A stretch of 64,000 bases of DNA from Tubulanus polymorphus (Eukaryota; Animalia; Nemertea): assembly GCF_964204645.1 (NCBI RefSeq), contig NC_134028.1, positions 2,604,001 to 2,668,000 of the forward strand, read 5' to 3'. Both the position numbers and the translations under genes were made by a program. How positions within the stretch are numbered: the stretch's first letter is position 1; the number at the start of each line of letters is the position of its first letter. This document shows, piece after piece, positions 1-11,599 of this stretch. Under the pieces are notes generated by a model. It was not told the DNA's origin. It worked only from the letters and a program-made list of their open reading frames with translations, and searched no databases.

Positions 1-699
1 CTCATGCGCCTCGTCAAAATCAATCCATCCCCAAGTGCACACATAGCCAGTAAGTCGTAATAACGATTAGAAAAATAAGGGAGTGTTCAATATTGACATC
101 TACTAATGTGTAGCATTATAGATTTCTGAGGACACAAATATATATAATTCATATGTGGCATAAGACGCAATAAGAGCTTGTGTTTTTAAAACATTGAGTC
201 CAGAAACTTTGGACAACGGTTATCAAATAGTAATGCCCTACGATTTAGTACCGACAACTCACATTTAGTGAATACGCATCAGGCATTTTATGAATAATTC
301 AAAATAGTGAAATCAATGATTCCGATAAGCGCTGATACTCGTAATTTTAGAATGAATTGGAAAGTGAACCGTCACATACACTTGAATCATTGAATATATG
401 TACATATTTGACATGTTTTCAAATCAGTAATTTACACATTGGTGGAAGCTGGGAAAACAGTATTTACTCATCTAAACACTAAACACATGTTATAAGTATC
501 ACAGGTGCCAAAATTTAGATCATAGTGACTCAATGAATCATACATATGACAGTACAGAAACAAAAACAAAATTTTTTTATAGCTGAAACACAATTAATTT
601 TTCGATCAAAAGAATTCAAAAACGATATACGTAAATACTATCCAAGCGATCATAAACATAAAGCAGAAAATAACGAGAATATGCCAGCTATTTACTTAC

Positions 700-947
700 C
701 GACATAATTGTTGTACTTCGGAATATTTGTCGAAAAATTCCTGGCTCGATGTATGGAGGCGGTTTTTTGATGCAGACTCGCGATTCTCGTGACTACTGCT
801 GCGCTGCTGAGCGGATCACAATCGGTAAAAGCAACGATTATGCAGCATCACTAGTCGTCAACCAATTTCTGCTTCGTAGTCGTCGCGGCGACCAATCAAC
901 TACGAGCGAACGCTATCAATGAACAGATTGAAGAAAAGTCGTTACAT
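700..947 (-). other. Probable 5' exon (UTR plus possible ATG-TCG start) of a gene continuing off the left edge
   Basis: On the minus strand: acceptor ttttaaag before 947, GC-richer body, ends ATG TCG|gtaagt (consensus donor) at 700. Product unknown. Confidence 0.35.
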
Positions 948-1808
948 CTTTAAAACATACAAGAAATACATAATAGCAACGATTCATCTTATTTACGCAC
1001 CGGGAAAATCAGTTTTCTCAAATCTCACTTTTTCGTCCTTCGTGCAGAGCTTGTTACTGATATAGTGATAACATCGGCTAAAACAAGTGAATCTATTTCC
1101 TTGTAAGCAATTCACCGACAGGAATCAATCAATAATTGATTGATCGGAAATATTCGCGAGATGATATTTTCGAGATGCTTTCTACATGTCAAAACGCTTC
1201 ATTTATGTCAAACAGCATTCAATTGAGTTGTGCAGCTTTATTGATTAACCGCGTTAATAAAATCTATCGTTTCGAAGGAATCAAAACGTTTTAGGTTATT
1301 GATAGCAGAAATATTTTTCATATACTCATGAATTCTGATAAGGCCGCACTGTTAATAGGATAATACGATGTATTGAGTGGACATAAATTGAGGGTTCACA
1401 CATAGGAGGCATACAGCGGGTACTACACATATCAAATGTGACAAAATCTTTAAGCAATAATAGAATTCAACTTACCAATCATTTCTTTGATAATCCTATT
1501 CCTTACCATTGCAATAGAACAAGGTTTTAACGATATGTCCGGTTGTATATCACTGTGTTAGTTTGATACACAATTTATCTTTTAGCTTAGAGTAATCTTC
1601 ATCTCTTCATCCGATCGGGTGACAAAAAACTCCAATGTAGCAGTCGTGGTGGCTTACTAAATTTCTTAATAACTATCTACAAACGACACCATTTTCATAG
1701 ATGCAATCGCAAGCAACATTTTATTCATCTGAGTGATTGCTACATAAGATAAATGAACGAATGAAATATATTCTAAGAATATATGAAATATTTGATATAT
1801 GAATTCAA

Positions 1809-4346
1809 TTAATGTCTCGATTCATATGAAGTTTTTGAATGTGCAAATCCGACAGTGTCTGTAACAGGGAGACCAGAATAATCACTAGAAGGTGGTTCCA
1901 TACTTTCTTCGGGTTCCCCTTTTCGCCCGGAAATAGCAATGTCTTGCGACAAGTTCCAAGGCATTATCATAATATCGTAAAATTCGATCGCCGGCTCGGG
2001 TCCAGTTTTGATGAACATCGTATTTCCGCGATCCTCGTATTTTATGACTAGTTTCAAGCTGAGGCTACCGTCAATTTTTTCAATTTCGGTTAAGAAAGTC
2101 AACGTTTTGTTGCAGTTTTCAGGATGATAGTAAGAGTTCTCGATGCCGGGCATGCCTTCGACTTTATTTTCAACCTTCGACCACCAGGAACTTGTGGCTA
2201 CTAAACATGTTTCGGTTTGTACCACGCAGACGATCGCGCTCTTCTCAACATCATTCACATAAAACTCGACAATTTCAGCCATAACGCAAAGCACATTATC
2301 GCAAATAACGTCCCACGAAAATTTCACTTGACCCCTTATCCTTTCATGTCCATATTCAATGCTGAGAAGCAAGGATTCCGGTCGATTGGTAATTTTTTGG
2401 TATAACTCATAACTGATACCGGTTCCATTTTCGATCGGATCGTGAAGGGACCGCAGTTCGTTGAGATTTGACAGCAGATTCGGATACATTTCCTGGTAGA
2501 AGTTTTCCTTATGTTTTGGCATCTTACAAATGACTTCATTACACAAATTAATCAGCGGTTTATCGTGAGTAAGTTCCAATTCGAGAAGGCTAACGAAAAA
2601 TGACGTAGTAGGTATTTCATAAGCGATTTTACACGTCGCGTACAAGATGATCTGATTGCCGTGAACTGGAACGATGAATTTTTCCATTTCGCTCCGGTCT
2701 TGATTCGGATTCTCGTCGCGACAGAAATCGGCGAATACCGCGATCAAAGCTGGTACTCGTTCTTGCCAAACTCGCAAAACGTATTCGATGCAAAGACAAT
2801 CGGAAACCTTATAGTTAATCGGGCAATCGACCGGTAGGAAATATTGCTGGCCATCTCGCTTGAAACCGTGCCCGGCAAAATAAGCGACTACGTACACGTT
2901 TTTATCGATCAACTCTTTTACTTTATCAACTAATCTCAAACAAGCTTTCAAGTCCAGATCGTGCAGGACGATCGTCTTGAAATTCATCTCTTCGAATTTC
3001 TTTTTCAACGTGCATAAATCGAATTTTGGAGCGGAGAGGGGCTGCATGCAATGATACGTACTGCATCCAACAGCGACAAATATCTTATCAGAAGCGACGT
3101 ATGGCTTCGTTCTTTTTGAAAAAACGCGTAATTCAGCGCTAGGACTCAGAGTTTGCTGTCCATTCCTGTCCGTCACCGTGCAACAGTACTTGCCACCCCA
3201 CGACTTATTAAGGATATTGACGTGAAGTTCGCTATCTCGAGATGATTCGATATATTTCCCGTCCTTAAACCAGTTATACGTCAGAGGCTTCAGACCTTGC
3301 GCGACGACATTAAACACAGCGACCTCGCCGATATGAACAGACGACTCTACGACTGGCCCGTGCAAAATATGCGGTTTATCGAGATTCAAATTCGCATCGG
3401 ATTTGATGCCTAATTCGGCTTGTTTACTTTTTATCGTTCCGAAATTATTCGACGCGATGCAAAAATAGAAACCTTCGTCTTCCGGTTCGACGCACGATAT
3501 CTCGAAATTCGGCGTGTTCACGTTGTTCAGTTCTTTGCCGTTTTTGAACCACGCGAATTTATCGGCATTTTTAACGACAAATTGTAGAATGACTTGTTCT
3601 CCGATTTTTACATTAATCGATTGAGGGTGCGCGATAACGGTCGGCAATGGATTGTTCGCATCGACGCCGTGAGAACCGGACAAAACAACGGCTGATTCAG
3701 TTTCATACGCGATGGCGCTAGAAGCTACAAACGGCAAAACATTTTCAGGCTGCGGTAGGATTTTAACGAAACAATCGTTTGTCCAAACAACAGCGAGTGT
3801 GTCATCGTTCAAATTGTATACACGACAAATATACAATCCGGTTTTGTCAACGGTGGGATTATTTATGATCAAATTCGGATTCTTGAAGTTCAACTGTTTG
3901 TAAACTTTCGTAACTACGTTTTGAAAGAACCAATCGTAACGAACGCGCGGAAAACCACTCGCGAACGTTTCGATTTTCACAACGCTACCGGCTTTCGCGA
4001 CGATATACGGCAGAGGTTGAAGTCGAATCACCGGCGCCTCGTACGATTTGAAATGAGCCAATAAAGTTTCGTGTTCAATCAGTTCCAAGTATTTGACGAG
4101 GTGTCGCAAAGACCATCCACGCTCATTCCCGAGCACGTGAAATATAAGCTTTTCGGACGGTGAAGGCGCGGATTTAACGATGTGAATTTCATGGTGGTCC
4201 AGCGTACCAGTCGGCAGAAGACATAACAGTTTATCCCATCCCTCGCTGACATCTAGTTCCTGACATATGATTAAGCGGTATGATGCATTTAAATTGCACA
4301 AATACTGCCCCAATTCGGGTTTCTTCTTTAAAGTGGATAATGCCAT
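1809..4346 (-). CDS. MALT1: MALT1-like paracaspase (death domain, 3 Ig, caspase-like domain, C-terminal Ig-like region), single coding exon, 845 aa
   Basis: Catalytic YFAGHG (His 2868-2870) and FADFCR (Cys 2721-2723); SDKI, APKFD, YATC, AYEI paracaspase motifs; three I-set W...Y-x-C motifs. ATG at 4346 follows an acceptor (gttacag|, exon starts 4363). Confidence 0.88.
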   Translation of the reverse strand: MALSTLKKKPELGQYLCNLNASYRLIICQELDVSEGWDKLLCLLPTGTLDHHEIHIVKSAPSPSEKLIFHVLGNERGWSLRHLVKYLELIEHETLLAHFKSYEAPVIRLQPLPYIVAKAGSVVKIETFASGFPRVRYDWFFQNVVTKVYKQLNFKNPNLIINNPTVDKTGLYICRVYNLNDDTLAVVWTNDCFVKILPQPENVLPFVASSAIAYETESAVVLSGSHGVDANNPLPTVIAHPQSINVKIGEQVILQFVVKNADKFAWFKNGKELNNVNTPNFEISCVEPEDEGFYFCIASNNFGTIKSKQAELGIKSDANLNLDKPHILHGPVVESSVHIGEVAVFNVVAQGLKPLTYNWFKDGKYIESSRDSELHVNILNKSWGGKYCCTVTDRNGQQTLSPSAELRVFSKRTKPYVASDKIFVAVGCSTYHCMQPLSAPKFDLCTLKKKFEEMNFKTIVLHDLDLKACLRLVDKVKELIDKNVYVVAYFAGHGFKRDGQQYFLPVDCPINYKVSDCLCIEYVLRVWQERVPALIAVFADFCRDENPNQDRSEMEKFIVPVHGNQIILYATCKIAYEIPTTSFFVSLLELELTHDKPLINLCNEVICKMPKHKENFYQEMYPNLLSNLNELRSLHDPIENGTGISYELYQKITNRPESLLLSIEYGHERIRGQVKFSWDVICDNVLCVMAEIVEFYVNDVEKSAIVCVVQTETCLVATSSWWSKVENKVEGMPGIENSYYHPENCNKTLTFLTEIEKIDGSLSLKLVIKYEDRGNTMFIKTGPEPAIEFYDIMIMPWNLSQDIAISGRKGEPEESMEPPSSDYSGLPVTDTVGFAHSKTSYESRH

Positions 4347-5460
4347 GATAATGGGATTTATTCCTGTAACAAAACAACAATTTTTTATGTCTTCACTTCC
4401 AATATTCAAATCATTTATCAGAAAAATTACCTGATTTACTTAAGCATTTTGATTTATGGTAAAATATAGAAAATATAAAATAATTTGATTCTTCATTGGC
4501 ACATTTTTGTTAAAATTTTTATAGTAGACTTTTATAATTGCCTACTTTTTTAGTTTAGTTAGTAACTTATTTAATACCTACCAACTAAAATAATGAATCC
4601 CTCTTTCTTGGTATGACAGTCGTGAAATAAAAAGAACGGAGCTATGATAGGTGGATTGACTTCGGTGTAATACGTCGACAGAGGGTAACTGAGTAACAAA
4701 CAGAACATATCCCATATGGGCGCTGGACCAGGAACCAGGAAGTGTTTTTTTTAGGTTTCGCGGGGAAAACCCGCATTCGGGAATACCAGGTTTCTCGTTT
4801 ATGTTCGAATCCCGCATTTAATCTAATGCGTCAATTCAATCTTCACTTTATTACCATACATAAAGGTTTTGCTGTCTCATTTCTAAACCTTAGATACTTT
4901 TGCTGATATATCAATTGTGCTGATATTTTTCAACTTCATGTTAGTCCCAGTTGAGAATATTTGCGTGATTTACAGGGCGGCCAGCTACTACAATGACTGA
5001 GAACTAACCCGAGGCTAATTTCCACTAATAGAGGTCGCTACATTTTACTTGGTGGATCTGGACAAAATGATAAGAACCTGCTGATAAAACCCTCGGAAAT
5101 CGCAAAATCTAGACTCCGATTGTAACATATCGTCAGGTAAGTACATGTGTAATCTTTAGAATACCGTATTTCATACAAGTAAAGACAACGCCGACACATA
5201 GCTGACAATAGATAAGCTTACGTACATAATAAAGTTATTAATATTCTTGTTGGCGTCGCCATATTCTGACGATAATAAGTCACGTAGGTCACGAATATTA
5301 ATAGCTTAAAGGGAGAAAAGGGGCTTCTGTGATTTTTCGATTGTGAGTTTGAGTTAGAATGAATATGACATGTCATGCATGTATTTATTTCTCTACACTA
5401 AAAAATTCTTTGACTTTTCCCAGAATAAAAACCGATTAAACCACGGTCACGGACGAAACG

Positions 5461-8400
5461 ATGATATCACAGCAGTGTGAAACTGGATGTGGTCCGGAAT
5501 ACTTCAACGAAGTTCGTCAACAAATTGGACTCGTTGAAGAAACCATCGCCGAAATCAATCTAGCTAAACAACAACTTCAAGATAACGCGCAAGAGGTTTG
5601 TTTTCAGGAGGGGGGTCCTAAATCGGAGGCTTACTACAGTTTGTGTCTTTGGTCTTGTAGAATCACTCTCGTATATATCTTAATACTAAATCAATGTGTT
5701 TAGGTGAAGTCACAGATTCACACAACGATAAGTCGTCAACTGGAGATCCTTCGCAGCCGAGAAGTTTGGCTGTTAAACCAGGTCGAAATCGTAAAAGAAG
5801 CCAAAGATGATATTCTACGCAAACAACAAGCTAGCTTAGATCAGGCTCTCGGCGGATTGAAGAATCTTGAGTATTCCGGTAGCACAAGTTCTATTGATAG
5901 CATCGAACTGAAGCTTAAAGAAAGCCTTGAAAGGTAGCCTACCACAACTAGACCTGTCGTATATTCTCACTCTTTAAGTAGAAGACGTCGTCAGGTGTGA
6001 TATCTGATAACGGTCTTCAGAGAAAATCAAAAATGTTTAATTCTTAGAAGATTTGAAACTTTTTGATATTTTCAATTTGTATTTATAGTTCTACCGTTAA
6101 TGGGTTTCAATCTCTTATTGATTATATGACATTGAAGGGCATTCTTCAATAGAAATAAGTAATATCTTTTTCTTGTAGACTGAAAGATCTTCACGTGCAA
6201 CCGGAATCACCGCATATAACGTTCAAAGCTGACAAGCTCGCGTTTCGTAAGGCCATACATAAATTTGGTAAAATCGACGCTCAGGGCGTCAATCCGGAGG
6301 TTGTATTCGCCGATCCGAAAGTCCCGTCGACGTGTTTGCCGCACTATTTCGAGGATTACGGCGACGTTGAACATCACATGCTGTACAAAACAGTTGAGGA
6401 TATTAACCGTGATCAACACCAAGATAACTGTGTATGTTTTTACTTTCAATAATTCAGTGAAAATCATTAATTTAAGTTCATCTTAATGAATAATTGAATT
6501 AAAACCAAAGAAGCTCAGTCATTGGTATTTTGTGTAGAGGTATCAGTTGCTCAAAAGTCAGAGTTAACCAGTGTATAGTTGACAAAGTTACTATTTAAAC
6601 AAACTATTGTTTCCTTAGATTTATCCCATTTCACTTTAATCAATTTTTGAGTAACTGGCTCTGCGTCACGTCATGTTGAGAACTCATTGGTTAGAATACT
6701 ATTATCTCTGACCTATCTACCCATTGGGATCTAAGAAAACTTGCTACGGTAGTTAGTTCTAGATCAATACAGGCAATCCTTTTCATTTCAGATTCACGTC
6801 AAACTTCCAAAGTTGAACAAAGATGGCTGGCTATTGCATAAACGTTCATCACCATCGAGTGTTGCTTCCGCTAAGATGAGCCTTCTGTTTCCGAGCGCTG
6901 TTAGTGGGAACGCCCAGGGCTGGTTACAGAAAAGTAAGTCGGCTCCGAGTACTCCGGATGAGTTGCCGTGTGTCGGTGCCGATGCCAGTATACAGCAGTG
7001 GTTGAAACGACTTAAAGACGGTCCAGAAATGGAGGACGAAGAAGGATTTGAAATGTTGAATCATAGCCATAGAGATACACCGGGTAAGTTTCTGGGTCCG
7101 TATGACTGGTTCCTTCTAAAACTTCTAAACAGAACATTATTTTAAAGGTGCCTGAAACTCCTTAATTTGAGCGAAATTCCCAAAACATTAACTTTAAGAA
7201 ATAGGCAATTAGAAATGTTTGTAGTTGTACAGAAAACAGTTGCACATGTTACAAAATTAGAAACAGAGTTTTTAAGTGTAAAGGATGATAATTGCTTACA
7301 AAACCACCGAATTGGCAGTTAACCTAAATAAAGAGTATCGATTTAGGAGGAGTCAACTGTTATCGGGATATGAAAGTGATACGGACGCTTCCTCGAGATT
7401 TTCCTTGAGATTTTCTCTTATTAAACTCCTTATATTCAGGATTAACTGATCTGTATGGACCCTGAGTGTGGATTGAAGCGGATCAATGCTCCTGAATTTA
7501 CACTTGAAATTTTTGCTCATGCGAAAACATTTTCTTTTCATTCACAGCCTCAGAGTTGTCGGAATCGATCGAAGTTGTTTCTCACTCGGATATGGACACG
7601 ACTTGCTACGATCTAAACGTTAATCCTGTCAATAGCTATTTCGTGAAAGTTCTTGCCTCGCCGTCCAAGGATTGGTTGATGTCGTCGAAGACCTCCCCCA
7701 ACGACGTAGATATGGACTGTACTCAGCTTAACAATGCATCGGTGAAGACAGCTGAAAATACGGGCAATACGTGGCTACTCGCCAAAAAACCTGATAAGGT
7801 ACAAATTAATCTCAATTCGAGTTATACCAGGAGTGAATCGAGACAGGAGCACAAGGAGCACGTGCTCCCATTGCAGTTTTCGAGTAGCACTTTGAAAATA
7901 CAATGACAATATTATTTTATTAAATATAAATTAAATATATATTATTTAATAGCCGCAAAAAGATTTTACTTATAATTCGATTTTTCATTTCAGAATTTTG
8001 AAAACAGGTTGGATTTCTGTATGAATTCGTGCGGAATGGCTACTGCATCGTTTGAAATCGAGAGTCTCGATGGTCTGAAATGCGTCGATAATCCGGTGAA
8101 AACTTACTACCGGCAAATACCGAAAGAAGTGAACGCGTGGCTCTGTCAGAAGAAAGACGAATGCGACGTCGAAGATATCGAGTGTAACGAAGAAATATCG
8201 CGGGTTTGTCGCGCGAATGAGTTATGCTGCTCGTTCACAGAATGTTGCTGCGAGCCGCACTGCGGTAAAAATGTAACGACCGACATTGAAATGGAAGCGG
8301 ATTCGGAAACGACGGAAGCAGATTTGGAAGAAGACAAACCGATCAACAACGTCGATCAATGGCTGTTCAACGGTGGTCAAAACACAACGACGAGCACCGA

Positions 8401-8914
8401 CAAACCATCTGTGATAGATTTCTTAATGGCGTTCGAAAGTATACGAAATTCCTCCAACTCCAACTGGTTGCTGAACAAGTCAAACGTAAGCGATGAAAAC
8501 TGCGCGCGAGATCCCAACTCGCAAATCCGTAACGTTTTAAATTGTGATACGAGTAAATGGTTGAAGTCTTCGTCCGATGATATCTGTGAGAAAAATCTAT
8601 CGTCGGGTAAAATTGTCGATGAGATTATCGATGACGACGCCAATATGAGCCAATGGCTGTCGGAGAAATGTTCGTTAGATAGCGGCAAACGTGAAGCAAA
8701 TATATGTTTGTGGCTATCGAAAAAATCGCGTTCTCTCGACGACGACAACGAACCTGAAATAAACATGTTCAGTCATGTTTTTCAGGCTCGTTGTTCGAGC
8801 GAAAAGTGGCTGTTGAATTCGCTTTCGAGAGCCGCCCCCGAGTCGTCGGAGGTGAAGTTAAAAAACGATGGCACTAAAATGAATTTTGGTCAGTGGCTTC
8901 TCGAGTCGGCTTAA
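5461..8914 (+). CDS. NCOA4: Nuclear receptor coactivator 4 / ARA70-like ferritinophagy receptor; exons ~5461-5595, 5704-5933, 6179-6431, 6792-7083, 7548-7798, 7994-8914
   Basis: ARA70 coiled-coil motif SRQLEILRSREVWLLNQV; FEIESLDGLKC; CRANELCCSFTECCC; F-x-x-I-x-NS-x-x-S-x-WL. In-frame GT-AG junctions. Confidence 0.88.
7092..7464. mobile_element. Non-autonomous DNA element with CWGGG...CCCTG termini in an NCOA4 intron; relatives at 31776-31914 and ~40667-40767
   Basis: Left end ctgggtccgta vs reverse complement of right end cagggtccata. Shares ttcct..aaactcctt..aattagaaat..tgt blocks with the other copies. No TSD seen. Confidence 0.55.
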
Positions 8915-10510
8915 TAATCGATTAACTAGAAAGAAAATATTAGAACTTTTTAGATTCAAGTTCAGATATTTACTTAGAAAACCACTTTGGCATCCTACAT
9001 AACGAATCTAACATGACTGCTACCAAAACATCTACTCACAATAATTGCATGATGAATATTATTATTATACCTGGCTTCATAATTTGGTAATGTTTTGGTT
9101 ACCGATTCAGGTTCTGTATATTTTTGTCCTCACAATTCTCCATGTCACATAATATTTTGGTGAAGGTTTCCTTGATTAGAACAACTAAAAAAACTTTCCA
9201 GCACTGACACCGCGTTTTGAACTTAGTATTCTGTCTATTTCGACTCATTTCTATAACTGTACTGGTCGGATTAACATGTACATTAATACGTCATCATTCA
9301 AACTAAATTTTCAATTACCAGTACCAGTATTTTAGTTGACACTTGATGTTTGTAAATTTCTAATAACTTGTACAGCTATACTCGTGTATATGTAGTGATT
9401 TTAACTATTCTCTGATGCACTTGACCGAGGTTTATTTTTGGTTATAATTAATAAAGACCGGCTAGAATTCTGTGAACCCAATTCCATAGTCGGAGGTTAA
9501 TGGACTAAACTATTGTGCAATTCCAGAACTTATTATTAACCCACAACTGTTGAAGAGGTGTCTTGAATTATATTATTTTCGGGTCATTCGATTAAAGTCC
9601 ATTATGTACAAATTTAAAAGTAGAATGATTTTTTCAATTTTAAGTTTAAAACGTATGGACACAACGTTTTGAACTCAAAAAATAATCTTCACCCTTTTAA
9701 TTCTGTTTGATCGGTACATAGTGGGCTTAAATCATGCACTGGTAATGTTTCTTCACGTCTGAGTGTGGCTTGTCTACTATTAGTTTCAGGTGTTTTATTG
9801 TGTATTATTGTTGTCTTATCAATTGATGTCTGATTGTTTCTTGAAATGAACTGATTAGAATTTGACCGGTAAATGCCGAGTCGAATAACGTATAGTTTGT
9901 GGCTTACTTAGTTCTTGGTATACAAAAGATATTTTCTTTTCATGATATAATTGATATTATCCATTTTAAAAAGAGATAACTTATTCTCCACGGATAGTTA
10001 GTTAGTCTCTAGTCGAGTGCTTCATGGGAAAAAACGTATTGCTTATAAAAAAACGCAGTGACAACTTTGTATGATTCTGTTTAAGATATTGTTGATGATT
10101 TAAAATAAATATACCGATCATGAAATTGTTCGAAGACTTGGTGGCGTCGTTTTCTCCATTTTCGAGGACTCGTTTCAAGTTTGTTCGGTATTTCTCCACA
10201 GGTGAATTTGTAAAATTGTGAATTCGCAATTTTCCTAGTCAGAGAGGATGAAATAGTTAAACTGCCAACTGGACTCGTAATTACTCTGGACATTCATTGA
10301 GCCTAAATACTGAAAATTACTCTTATTTCGTCGGAGCTGTAGATATTCGAACCCTTCAGTCGTTATATAACTTCCTGTTTACTGATTACAATTCCCTTCA
10401 TGACTAGAGAGTAATTAGTAAATTAACAGCGTGAAGTCTACGAAAGATCGTATCGTATTTCGTTGCATAATTTCCTTTTTCATCGTAACCATTGATTATA
10501 GATACTGACT

Positions 10511-10691
10511 GACCTCTCGGGGTTCTGATAAAGGACGGATAAACCATCGGGGCAGATCCGACCGCTATGCCCATCTACCCCGTGGTCATTTCCCCAAAAT
10601 AATTAGGCATCCAACCAAATTTACCCCAATCAGTTGCATGCCGGTTCAGGCTGGTTTGAAGACTGTTTGATTGAACCGGAACCGAAATGTC
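10511..10691 (-). ncRNA. Candidate structured RNA of unknown family (closing stem plus three hairpins)
   Basis: Four hand-folded helices; C-A mismatches on + become G-U pairs on -. No recognised family motif. Confidence 0.35.
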
Positions 10692-11599
10692 CTCGATTTA
10701 AAAAAAAACCGTTTCGCTCCCGGCAGGTGTGGTCGATTTGTAAGGGACACAAAATCAAACGAAATCTACCAAGGAAATGAATAACAGGGCCAGGGACAAT
10801 TCTAAAAACACTCTACGCTAGTGAATATAACGCATTCGAACACACTGGCGTTTTCATTTATTCCAAAAACTTCTCAAATTGAAAAAAAAAAGAATCTCAA
10901 ATTCACATGATAAAAATTGTCCCAGAAAATATTTTACGGTTGGCGGAACAGCTTAGACTCACATCGTCTGAGTACTATGGTCAAGTCAAAACAGGTACTT
11001 CCATATCTATAATGCCACGTCAACTAAATTGAAATTGGAAGTAATATATATTATGACCATTTGTGCCTTCAGTTGGCAAAGACAAAATTTATGGAACCTA
11101 CGTAACTACGTATTGATACGTTGTATGCTCGCCATTTTAGATCATCGAATAATCATTGTATATACTGAAGAAAAGCAGTCGTTAACGTGTCCTGAATATC
11201 ACACCCCGCACACTGGGTGAGTTTGACGCAGCGCCGACAGAATCGGGCCCATTTTCAACGCACTCCTCAACCACCCGCCACCACCGATCGAATGAAGCGA
11301 GAAAACCTGCCGCTGTTCCTTGATAGATTCCTCAATTATTCAATACGCATGATTTGATTTGATTTGATATGTGTTTATTTATTTCAACACGCCTAAAGAT
11401 ACGGTTTGATAAACATAATGTATACATATTTGAACATAAGTGGTAATTGATTTATACGTTGGTGTTGGCAAACTATGAATAACTTGTGCTAGTTACATTA
11501 TCCTCAACACTGAGATCTGATATAAAGGCTAAGACAATTTTTTACATCGATTCGTATAATTGTTCAGATAAATTCTTAGATATATATAGTTGGGATATT

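Noticed and set aside
4347-4409. ORF-track N-terminal extension of the paracaspase
   Set aside because: Starts at TTG inside an intron; the acceptor at 4364/5 and the ATG at 4346 define the likely start.
5316-5330. aaaaggggcttctgt resembles the U11 snRNA 5' end
   Set aside because: Has an extra G and no further U11 stems or Sm site downstream.
8146-8766. Antisense ORFs within NCOA4 (also 13098-13433 in the NIT-GC and similar cases)
   Set aside because: Shadow frames of real exons with no independent motifs.
10945-11319. Possible telomerase RNA (UUUUCUCGCU on minus strand, 8-bp ggaacagc/gctgttcc inverted pair)
   Set aside because: No CUAACCCU-type template on either strand, and no recognisable P6.1 or H/ACA end.
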